DNA from: Camelus dromedarius
Taxonomy: Eukaryota
Direction: 5' to 3'
Assembly (NCBI RefSeq): GCF_036321535.1
Contig: NC_087437.1
Coordinates: 15,006,001 to 15,070,000 of the forward strand
DNA: 64,000 nucleotides
Shown: positions 13,135 through 23,709 of the stretch, piece by piece
Layout: each line of letters opens with the position of its first letter
Position numbering within the stretch: position 1 is the first letter of the stretch
Notes under the pieces: generated by a model
The model's input: only the letters and a program-made list of their open reading frames with translations
Database searches by the model: none
What the model was told of the DNA's origin: nothing
Translations under genes and position numbers: made by a program

Positions 13135-13430
13135 CCAGCAATGTTCCTCAGGCTGGTTATGTGGAACATGGCCCCATGAGGGAGGCCAACTACAGGATGA
13201 AAGTAAACTGTGATCAAGTGTTTCTGGGAAAGGCTGCATGCTCTAGCCCTTAGTGGGGAGCCATAAAGCACACTGGCATAGTAAAGGCTCTGAGAAGTCC
13301 TGCACTGAAGAGTCATGAACAATTTCATGTCACTTGTTTCTCAAGCTTCTTGGCCCCTAGGAACCTTTGTGCTTGTAATCCCTATTAACATCCCAATAAA
13401 GGAATGTTCCCAGAGCTTCAGGAAAGACTG
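13135..13430. mobile_element. hAT-Charlie-like DNA transposon relic
   Basis: Shares agtaaaggc(t/c)ctgagaagtcctgca and ccta(t/c)taacatccc with the copy at 20400-20670; family assigned by recognition. Confidence 0.55.
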
Positions 13431-14029
13431 ACCCTCACAGAGGTGGGTTCCCAAGGAACCATGGAGTCTTGGCCACGGCATTCATTCTAGGTACTTCCTT
13501 TTTCTCTTATGAGGCATGCAGTAAATTATTCTACCTGGAAACTATTCCACAGGGATGTAAAGAGGGTATCAAGACAACATGAGCAGCAAGCTTGACTCTG
13601 GGGACTCTCCTGCCAGTCCAGGACCCCCTGATCCTCCCCACCCCTTTGGCAGTGCTGCATAAGCCTTCCGTACTGCTGAGGCCCCTCCAAGGAGGCTAGA
13701 CTGCATCCTGCTGTGATTAGATCTCCCCAAACCTGGCGATGCTTATTTATTCCTTAAAATCACTGTGCCTGCCAACTGTACCACTTATGAAAAATGGCAG
13801 GCACATCACCTTATACAAAACATGAGGAACCTTAACAAGGACAGATTTCACAGCTGCATCTCCATTTATCTTCTTCTAAAGGTGGTATTAGCCAGTGTCA
13901 GCAGGGGCTCAGATGCGTAGTGCAGAATGGTGGCACGTTACACACCTCCCTCTGCACAAGGGCTCCCACTGGCCCAGCGGATCCCCGAGGAAAGAGATGT
14001 TTCACGAGGCACTTGTTGAAATCGCCTTT

Positions 14030-14360
14030 GCTATGTGCATTTATTATGAAATGTAATTTTGCATCCACATTCTGACAAGACAGTAATAAAGTCTGCGGTA
14101 GAAATTTGCATGGTAATTTGCATAAATTGACTCAAGATTCTCTTCCCAGGAAGAGAAATCATGAAAAGGAGTGTATGTATGTCTTCTTTTAGCCTGGGCC
14201 AGGCCTTGGCCCGTGGCTGGGGAAGCATCCGTAAATGGCAGAAAGCAGCTGGGGATGACAGGCCCTTGACAATGAAGCTGCTGTTTGCGCTCTGCACCAC
14301 CAACCATCAGATGAGAGGATCAGGGTAAAGTCATGCAAATTAGCATGCAAATGAGGCTGG
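14030..14360. promoter_or_regulatory. Candidate intronic enhancer: four perfect POU octamers in two inverted pairs, with SOX-like and E-box motifs
   Basis: ATTTGCAT at 14104 and 14116; ATGCAAAT at 14333 and 14345; ACAATG at 14269; CAGATG at 14308; CAGCTG at 14246. Function is inferred. Confidence 0.5.
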
Positions 14361-14959
14361 CGAAACTTAAGGATTCAGACCAGCAAGTGCACATGGTGGG
14401 GGAAGGAGACAGAACAAGCTGGGCAGAGACTGTCCTTCCCAACAGCTCAACCAAGTGCTGTGGGGAGGGGCGGCTGGCTCTGGAGGCCACAGCCAGGTAC
14501 CTGGATTCTTTCAGCCACCTCAGCCTCAAAGTCTACACACTTCCAGTGGTGACTTTCTTCCCAAAATGGGGATTGCCTTGTGCTAGTCATCACCCAATTC
14601 AAAAATTTATTGATTGCTCTTTTATTACTTGACTGTGCTCTGAAACATGAACCAAACAATATGCACCTTCCAACTTTAAATAAGGGGTTCAACTGCATCA
14701 AAATTAGTCAAGCTCTTCAAAAGCCACACAGATGCCCACGGATGTGTGGCCTGAAGCCCCCTGAGAGGTCTCCCACAGGGTCACAGGTGGATCCAGGTGC
14801 ACAAGCCCTCTCTGCAGCTCTTAGGGAGAAAGGTGTTCTGGGAGGTGGATTTCTGAGGCCACCTAAGAGCTATCGACAAGTAACCTACAAAGTGAATTAA
14901 AGAATTACTAAAATCTGGGGCAGAGAGTTGCATCATGGGTCCATTTAACTTCTAAACAC

Positions 14960-15415
14960 TAGCAAGTGCTGTTGGACTCACCCAACACCGATTGGCAACC
15001 TCCTACTCCCTTGCTGGCCTGGAAACTGTAAAAGAGAAATTCTGCTTTCCCAGACTTTCTAGAGGGTAAAGGTGATTGTGTGATTCCATTCCGGCCAATA
15101 AGACATTCGCTGCAGTCTGCTGGAGGGGGCAGGGATTCTAGGCAAGCTCTTGCTTTCTGCTGCCTCGAATGCAGAGGTGATGTGTGGAGCAGCAATGGCC
15201 AGGCTGCATGAAGACGAGAGCCCACAGAACAAGGAGGCAGAACAGAATGACGGCAGGGGTCTGGGGCCTGCCTGATGGCGTCACCCTCACCGCAAAGCTG
15301 GGCCACCTCATATCCCATTGCGACTTCCTGCACCTGAAAAATCAAAACCCCTCCTTGTTTAAGCCACAGTTAGTCTGCTTTCTGTACCAGAGGCTGACTG
15401 CATTCCTAATTTGCA
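14960..15415 (+). mobile_element. Old MaLR LTR (MLT1I/J-like)
   Basis: ctttcccagact...ttccggccaataaga...ccttgtttaagccac...gcattcctaa. Confidence 0.55.
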
Positions 15416-16219
15416 AATGCATGACAAAAGAGAGGGAGAAAAGGAAGGGGAGAGGAGAGAGGGAAAGAAAGGACGTTAGAGGGAGTCTGCTCTCAGATCA
15501 GTCCCAGGTAAATGCCCAAAGGGGGCCCCTGGGTGACTGGTGGTGCCCCAGCGGGTCTCTGAGGGCAGGGTTGTCTTGCCAAGCTGCCTGGCATTCAGCA
15601 GCATTTCACTATATGAGAGTCGCCTCTCATTTTGGCCATAGGACTTGATGTTTGTGAAAGATGGAACTCTACTGTATTAACATGATAAAGTCATCACGTT
15701 GCTAGAGTTAATGAAAGATGGAGTCCAGCGTTCTGCCAGAAGTCCGGGGCTCCGGCATCATCTGGCCGAGTGGCAGAGCTCTGCACCTGTGCATATGCAG
15801 GCATGGCTGGGGGCCCACAGTTTCCCATAAAAACACTTCATCAGCAAGTTGTTGGCTTCACTCCATCATTACCAACTTGGTTTACTGTGGAGTTGTTAAT
15901 TCGTTTTGCTCTCTAGATAGTGTCTGGTAATACACATTTGTATCAACAGTGCTTGGGGCCTATAATTTTCCATCATCTAGACTTTAAGACTTCCATGAGC
16001 TACATTAACTAATTAGCCACATCCCTATTGCTAAAGTTTGAGACCACTGGTCTAGGTGATATGGTCTAGGTTAAATCCCATCCAAATAATTTCCAGGTTA
16101 AAAATACACAACACTGAGAACCTGGGATGCTGGCCCAGAGTCTCTCAGCTCAGTGACAGAGCTGGGATTTGATCCCAGGCCTCTGGGTGCAGCAATGTTT
16201 TGAAGGAAGAAACTTCCAG

Positions 16220-16608
16220 TAGACCGTGAGCCTCATGGCACAGCCACAGGGCCATGACAGTTCCCAGGCTGACCATAAGAGGTCAAAAGGTGGCGGGGGG
16301 AGGGGGTCCTGGAAATCCCCACCCCTTTCCCAAAGTAGTTGGAATAATCCTCCTACTCATTAGCATATGAAATTACTGAGCCCATAAAACCTAACAGCTC
16401 CGCACCTTGTGGTCGCCCTCGCTCTTGCCTTCTGAGACGGCCCACATTCTGCTTATGGAGTGTGTATCTCCTAAGCCGTTTTCCCTTCTGAGACAGACCC
16501 CACTCTGTCTGTGAGTGTGTATCTCTCTAAATAAACTTGCTTTCACTTTACCATGCCTTGCTCTTGAATTCTTTCCTGAGCGAGGCAAGAACCTGTTCTC
16601 CCACAACA
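16220..16608 (+). mobile_element. ERV1 LTR, MER41-like (5' boundary unclear)
   Basis: gaataatcctcctactcattagcatatga and aataaacttgctttcacttta...gaattctttcctgagcgaggcaagaacc resemble MER41-family LTRs; AATAAA at 16530-16535; ends in CA. Confidence 0.7.
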
Positions 16609-17121
16609 GATGGACAAGCATTAGCAGAACTTGCTGACCCGGAAGGAGAAACTTAGAGCATCAAACCCTACACGGACAAAGCATAGCCCTCCACACACCA
16701 TGATCTGTCACAAATGCCCTCTTCCCGAGCACCTGGGACGTACGGGTGTGTGGCCCAGCTGCAGCTCAGCTCCCCTGCAAGGCTAACCCCGCTGCAGGGC
16801 TGAATGGTCGGGTGGGGCAGGCGCGGGTTGGGGAGCTGCAGAGCATTTAGAGGGACGGCCCCAGAGGGTCAATGACCAGGCCCCAGAAAACCTATTTACT
16901 TTAATAAATCAACTTACAAATGTTACACAGAGGAACATCTGATCATTTTGAAAAACCCTGTATGAACAAAAAAGACTTGCTGCCGAGATAAGCTCCTGGG
17001 GGAAATGGCTTCCCCAGGTCAGATGCTGGCCCAGAGGGGCTTGGAGCCTGGAGGGCCTGTGCTGGGAGGCAGCGTGGGTGGCAGAGCATCCCCAGTGGGA
17101 TCAGACTGGGAGGTGCTGGGA

Positions 17122-17561
17122 CACTATGGTGGGTTGAAGAGTGCCCCCCACCCCACAAATTCTGTACCCCTGGAACCTCAGGATGTGACCTTATCTGGAA
17201 GAAGGGTCTTCATGAATGCATTAGTTAAGGGCCTCAAGATGAAAAATCATCCAGGAGTTAGGGTGGGCCCTAAATCCAATGACCGGTGCCCTTATAAGAA
17301 GAGGAGAGGACACACAGACACAGAGAGAAGGCCGTGTGCGACAGAGGCAGAGATGAGAGCCATGCAGCCCCACACCAGGGATGGCCGGAGCCGCCAGCAG
17401 CCGGGAGTGGCAGGCAGGATTCTCTCGGAGGCCTTCCGAGGAAGCTCAGCTCCGCTGATTTCAGAATTCTGGCCTCCAGAATTATGAGAACATAAATCTC
17501 TGTTGTTTAAAGCCACTTGGTTTGTGGCAACTTGTCATAGCAGCCTCAGGAAACTAATACA
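17122..17561 (+). mobile_element. MaLR LTR, MLT1B-like
   Basis: gaacctcaggatgtgaccttat...gggtgggccctaaatccaatgac...ctggcctccagaa...gcagcctcaggaaactaataca. Confidence 0.85.
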
Positions 17562-20399
17562 GACCAAGGGTGAGAGAGGTACGCGCGGGGCAGAGCGGCC
17601 AGATCTCTGAGGGGCTGGGAGCAACTCAGGCGGCCCCTCGGCCTGTGAGGCGCAGTGATGCTGTCCCCTTCCCGAAGGCACCGTGGGACCCAGGGAGTGC
17701 CCCAGTGAGTCCTCCAGAGATGCTCCCAGGAGCAGGTGAGGGAGGGTGAGCCTCAGCAGGCCGGGACCCATTAGGCTGCTTTCCTAACCTGTGCTGTGGT
17801 GGGAGGTCCAGGCATGGGCCTGGGAGGCTCCAGCCTTGGCAGTCAGCTCATCTCAGTCATCACTGAGATTTAAAAATGCTAGTGCCTGAGCTAGCCTGGG
17901 CATCTCTGGCCATGCCCCCAGCAGGTAATGCTAGCATCCAGCCAAGATGGAGAACCCGTGAGGGACCCGTGAAAAAGCCCAGAGGAGCGCATCTCCCCCA
18001 ACAACTCCCAGGCGCCAGCTGGAGGCCTGAAGCCTCCCATCCTGGCTCCAGTGTGGTTTCAAACAGGTGGGCCAAGGGCCAGGCGGGTAGGTGGGTTTCA
18101 CTGGCCTCTGGAGGCGGGGGGGGGGTGCTAGTCTCATCACAGTTTCTTCTTAGTACATTTTGAAAGACGTTTCTTAGTTGGTGTTTTATACAAGAGAATT
18201 GTTGCAGACGTGACTCTCACCAGGCCGTTTCTAAGTCTTGATCTTTCCCTTCTTTAAGTGAGTGGATTTAGACAAGGTGATGGGTGGGGTGGTGGGAGGC
18301 TGGGGCATGCATGTATCAGGAGGAGAACGAGGTACACGTGCGTGTAGGGGCAGTGCCAGGCAGGAGGCGGCTGGAGACCCACTTTCCTTAGGCCACAGGC
18401 CAACAAGTTGGCGTCTCCCCAGGGCCTGTGGGGAAGCCCCGCTCTGCAGGTCCGGGTGGGCCCTCACACTAGCCCCTGGGGCCTCGGGCATGCTCAGCCC
18501 CAGACAGAGGGAGACTGGCTGCCATCCAGGGTGAGACTGAAGTCCCTCCACCATCCATGCCCCGGCTCAGGGCAGGACCAGATTCTGTGGTCGCTTTCTC
18601 CTACTGCCTCTCCAAACACAGAGTAAGCACTTGACAGACCTCTGCCGTCAGAATAAGTGAATGGGGGTGGGGGATGGGAGACAGAACTGGAGACACACAG
18701 GAAGGATGGGAAGGAGGGAGTGGTGCCTCGGTCCTGGGAACTGTCTGAGCACCTCAGCTAATCAAGGTAGGGGCTCTGCTGGGCTGTATTGGCTGACAAA
18801 CAGGACATTTGTGGGTGGCAGTGAGGCATGGTCACAGTGCCGGGGGACAACTGGGGACACCGCCAGAGCCCTTGGGGATCTTGGCTACTCCCCGAGTGTC
18901 TCTGCCAGCACGTTAAAGAAAAACAGTTCCCCCTCTCCATCTCCAGAGAATTCATTAGCATGAGCCTGTGTACGCACAGAATTGGAGCCCTAGCCTCCCA
19001 GTCTAATTACCATTTTAGAGGGTACTGGGAAAGAAATTGTACCTGCAGCAAAAAAAAAAAAAAAAAAAGTCAGAAAAACCTGCCGTGGGGAGGGCACTTG
19101 CTCTCCTCTGGGCTTTCTCCGCCTCTTGCCACAACATTGGACATTGACACTGGGTCCCTGTGGCCTGTCAGTCTGATGGAGTCTAAAAACCAAGGCAGAC
19201 AATGTCTCTTGAAGCCCCTTTGGTACCAGCAGGCAGCTGACACCAGCTGTGGGGGGCAGGCCCTGTGCTGGGCCCACGAATGCAGCAGTGGATCCCAGGG
19301 GTCCTGGCCTCACCCAGGCCCCAAGCCCATCCAGGAGCCAGAGCAGGAGGAGTTCTTGTGGAGGTGGGAGGCCAAAGGAGCCCTGAGGTCCATGTGCCAG
19401 GGGAAAGGGGGCGTGGAAGAGTGTGGAGGGCCCCAACCGCAGAGCAAACGTGTGCTCTGAGCCTTGATGAGTCAGAGGAATTTTTCATGGCAGAAGAGAG
19501 GAGAGAAGAGGGAAGGGCATTCCAGCAGAAGCAACATCACGGGCCAGGCATGGAGGCATGACAGGATCACTGAGCGGGAAGCAGCAGGCAGGGAGGCCCG
19601 CTGGACCACAGGATATAGGACAAGCAGTGGGCCATGGGAGGTGACACTGGAGACAGAGGTGAGCTGAGATTTTGAGGGACTCAGGTGACTTGGGGAGGAG
19701 TTGAGGCTTTGATCCATGCCAGTGAGGACCACTGCAAAGGCCCTGGGGCCACCTCTGCCTCCTGCCACTGCCAAGAACACCAACCACAAGTGTCACTATT
19801 ATCAGTTGGACATTAATAAGAAATATTATAAATGACTTAATATTTTAAAAATCAAATAACCAAAATAATATCTGTGAGGCCATTCATACACACACATACA
19901 CACACAAGTAAGTGAATACAAGTCAGACTTGAGAACTGAAGTCTGTTAGAGCAATGACTTGAATGCAAGGCGATACAGTGGGGCTCCCCCTGTGGGAGGA
20001 GAGGCCTCTGACAAGCCCACCAGGGTACAAAGCCCTGGCCTGGAGAAACTCAACCGACACGAAGTGCGGCTGAAATCATCATCCCAGAGCCAACGCCCAA
20101 GGCTGTGCACGTCACTCGGGGCCCCATGTCCTCACCCTTCAGTCAATTCTTACCAAGTACACTAGGTATCTGGTATTTCAGATGAAGGAAATGCAAAGGA
20201 AAAGCAGGGATTAAGAGGGAGGCAGAGAAAGGGGCTGTATTTGAGGCAAAGATACTGACTAGTCCAGAGGGAGACAGACAGATTGAACAGTAGACAGAGA
20301 GCTGTGATCCGTAGTGAGCTGTGCTCTGTACGCTTCGTAAGTCCAGGAAGGTTGGCAGACCTCTTAGCACAGCAGCCCCCAGTGTGTTCTATAAATCCT

Positions 20400-20670
20400 T
20401 TGAGGATTCGATGACAAAAGGATTCCATGACTAAATACATCCAGGAGATCCTGCACACTGCACCTCTATTTCCGCAAATCAAAACCATACATTGATACAG
20501 TAAAGGCCCTGAGAAGTCCTGCAGTAGAGAAGTCCGTTTACTTTTGTTCAGAGTTCTCTAAATTTATACAAGCACTGAACCTTTCTCCCTGCTTTTTTTT
20601 TTCTCGAATAACGCCTACTAACATCCCTGAGAGCCAGTATCTCACAGAACCCAGTGGCTTAAAAAAATGC
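20400..20670. mobile_element. hAT-Charlie-like DNA transposon relic (same family as 13135-13430)
   Basis: agtaaaggccctgagaagtcctgcag...cctactaacatccc. Confidence 0.55.
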
Positions 20671-21003
20671 ATTATAGTCTCTGTCTTAAGGAAGGAAACA
20701 ATACATTTTTTCTCAAAAATAGTTGAAATGATTTACTTCGGCTCCTTGCATTAAAAGCTATAGTTGCAGGGAAAATTCACTTCATTTGCACAAACCTCCC
20801 CACTCATCAGCGGTGCCAGAAAAGTGACGTATTACCGACCCCCAAGAGCTCAGACTTAGGCCACCTGGAGTCACCGCTGTTTGACTCCAGGCCATCTTTG
20901 AGAGCCAGGAGCCACACAGGTCACTCCATCCAGCCTCCTGCCCATGTAAAGTGGGGTTAGGCCCATCACACCAGCCTCTCCAAGGAAGAAAGTGCCTTAG
21001 CAA

Positions 21004-21005
<2 letters not shown>

Positions 21006-21048
<43 letters not shown>

Positions 21049-21063
21049 TGTGCGTGTGCGTGT
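21006..21063. repeat. (GT)19 plus GC/GT compound microsatellite
   Basis: Directly visible. Confidence 0.95.
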
Positions 21064-21329
21064 ATGAAGGTCCAGCAAACAGCCACACTCGAGAAGCAGG
21101 TTCTTCTGCTCTTTCACGTCCCTCATTTTGCGTTTCCTTCATGGAGGTCTGGATTTTCAGAAGGGCTCAGGGTCTTCACCGGGCTGGGACCAGTGCACAT
21201 GTGGGAAAATCCTCCAAGGCTACATGGACACCCTGGGACCCGCGAATGCCTTGCTCTCACCCCAGCATCAGCGAGCCGGTCACGGCTGCAGACACCACGG
21301 GCGCTCGGGGCGGGGACCCAGGAGCTCAC

Positions 21330-21388
21330 CTGGTACGTGTTGTCGAAGCTGTCATACATGAACCGCGTGATCAGAGACGTCTTCCCGA
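21330..21388 (-). CDS. RAB6B: RAB6B coding exon 2 (VGKTSLITRFMYDSFDNTYQ), completes the P-loop GEQSVGKTS
   Basis: 59 nt; acceptor ctctcttcttgttttacAG; donor GTGAG; phase matches exon 1 (G|TC = Val). Confidence 0.97.
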
Positions 21389-21989
21389 CTGTAAAACAAG
21401 AAGAGAGGGGTTCAGCCGTGATCCACGCTAGGATCCAAGCTCCTCTAAACACATCTCACGTGACAAAAACAGACAATGAAACAAAAAAGCCCAGAGGAAA
21501 AGAAGAGATGCAGAAGCAGAAGTGGAAGGCGGGAGTACCACCCCCCCACTGCCCCCACCGCCCCCACCGCCCCAAAGAGAGAGACCTCGAGGCGAGGCAG
21601 CCCCGTCTACACCTGGAGGGCCACATGGGAGTTCTTGCCCGGCACCAAGGAGGCTTCCCCACGCCTTGTGAATTCTTACCACCCAAATCAGGTCTTCCCG
21701 CAAAAGCCCAAACGATGCAAGAGCCTCCCATGAAGAATCAGAGCAAGCGTGTGCACTACAAGGTGCTCCCCTTGGTGCGCCCACGTTCACCTGGAAATAC
21801 TGCCTTGCCACTGGTCACAGGCTGGGAGGGAGGCACGCTCCTTTATTTCCCAGCTGTTCAGCGTGGGGACTGGTGAGGAAGGTGGCTTTTCAAGGAACAA
21901 GGAGGCAGGGGGAGTAAATGGGTCACTTCCCAGTGTCTCTCATGGGCAGGACTAGTCTCCATAATGTGTGAGCCCCTTCTGACCATCCA

Positions 21990-22125
21990 GCTTTTCATAG
22001 GATGTTTAGCATCCCTGGACCTCGCTGGGTAAATGCCGGCAGGCTCTTCAGTCATTGTGGACTCCCCTGGACGTCTGCAAATGCCCTCTAAGGGGCAGTA
22101 ACACCCCCAACTGAGAAGCACTGGT
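21990..22125. mobile_element. MER20-family DNA transposon fragment
   Basis: aggatgtttagcatccctgg...aaatgccctctaagggg...aactgagaagcactg. Confidence 0.55.
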
Positions 22126-22734
22126 ATGGTTTAGGGAATCCCACAAGTGCTGCTAATTTCCCAAACTGCAGTGTTTGGCTTCTGACCTAACCCTGTGCAG
22201 GCCCCCTGGGGCCTGGCAGCGGCAGAAATGCCTACTGCAGCATTTCTGAGCATCTGGGAGGGGAGGAAGGAGGAGAAAGGAGCGTTTGTTAGGTCAGGTC
22301 CAGCATGGGGTGCTTCTCCACACCGTCCCACCGATTCGGCCACGGCCCTGGAAAGCTCAGAGGGGACTGGACCGGCGGGGCTTGGCTCAGAGCCCCTTCT
22401 GCTCCGAGCTGCTGGAGACAGATAACCCTGGTGGGGAAAGCAAAAGAGCCAGCACCCAAGAGTTCTCCATTATGCCTCTCCCCGATTCTCAGACGGGATG
22501 TCCACAGGCTGGGCCTGGCAGGTGGCTGGTCACTGCCAGGACAAAGCAGGGCAACCCAACAGGGCTCCTCTGGGAAAGGCCCTATTCCAGCATGAAAGCC
22601 TCAATAGGACACCAGGCATCAGACGAATGCGACCCTCTCTCGACAGCCAGCATTTGTAAAGGAAAGGCAATCGTCTTCCAACCAGAAGGAGCACCTGACA
22701 CACTGTGGGGCAAACTTAGATGCCCCACCTTTGA

Positions 22735-22925
22735 GCCAGGATTGGTTAGCTGGATTCAAAGCCTGGGGGTGCTATTTAGCTGTGTCATTTTGAGGTGGCC
22801 ACCACCCCTCTGAACCTCAGTGCCTCATTTTAAAACGGGCATAACAACATCAGAGATTTCAAAGGGCAGTACTAAGAATCAAGTAAGATAACAAAAGTGC
22901 CAGGCACGTGGAAAATGCTTAAAAG
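22735..22925 (+). mobile_element. MIR SINE (representative; weaker copies at ~2600, 5790, 10500, 12960, 16100, 33600, 35740, 41830 and 47000)
   Basis: ggattcaaagcctgggg...tatttagctgtgtc...ctctgaacctcagtgcctcattttaaaacgggcataa MIR core. Confidence 0.6.
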
Positions 22926-23001
22926 TGGAAGGAGGGAGCAGGCAGCTGTGACAGCTGAGGCCATCTCCAGATACCAGCTGAAAAACAGACACCACCACCT
23001 C

Positions 23002-23709
23002 TGCGGTATGGCAAAGAATCTGACTCCTCTTTGGTTCTTGGGTGGGAGTAAAAGTACTGTCTTTGCTATTTCTGAGTCCCTGGATCACACCAGAGCTTGT
23101 GCTCATGAGGTGACTCCTGGTGGGCCCCTAGTAGCTTCAGGGTGGGGTTATGCCAGCGGGACCAACCTTGTGATCAGAGCTTGGGGCTTTGAGCCCACGA
23201 GGGAAGGCAGGGTGGAGATTGAGTTCAGTCACATGGCTGACTTCAATCAACAGTGCCTAAGCCATGAAACCCCAATAACACCGAAGCTTAGTGGAGCTTT
23301 CTGGTTGGTGGACACACCCACGTGCCAGGAGGGCGAGGTACCCTGACTTCACAGGGAGAAGGTACGCAGCTCAGTACCAGGTCCTCCCAGACTCTGACCT
23401 TTGTGTCTCTTCTTTGGGCTGTTCCTGATTTGTATCTTTCATAGAAAAACTGTCATTAAGTGGAATGCTTCCCTGAGTTCTGTGAGTTGATGTGGTGAAC
23501 TATGGAAGCTGAGGAGGGTCGTGGGGACCCCCAGATTTGTAGCCAGTTGGTCAGAAGTGCAGGTGTCCCTGGGGATCCCACTCACAGCTGGTGCCTGAAG
23601 TGGACAGCAGTCTCTTTGGGGACTAGGTCCTTAAACCTGGGCAGTCTGACATCAACTTGGGGTGGGCAGAGCTGGGACTGAATTGCAGTACAACTGCGGT
23701 GTCAGAACA
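23002..23709 (+). mobile_element. ERVL LTR, MER21/MER77-like
   Basis: TG...CA ends; 5-bp TSD acctc/gcctc; ggtgggcccctag, gaccaaccttgtgatcagag and ttccctgagttctgtgagtt motifs. Confidence 0.75.

Noticed and set aside
13281..20525. Segmental duplication suggested by the shared agtaaaggc(t/c)ctgagaagtcctgca
   Set aside because: Better explained as two diverged copies of the same ancient DNA transposon family.
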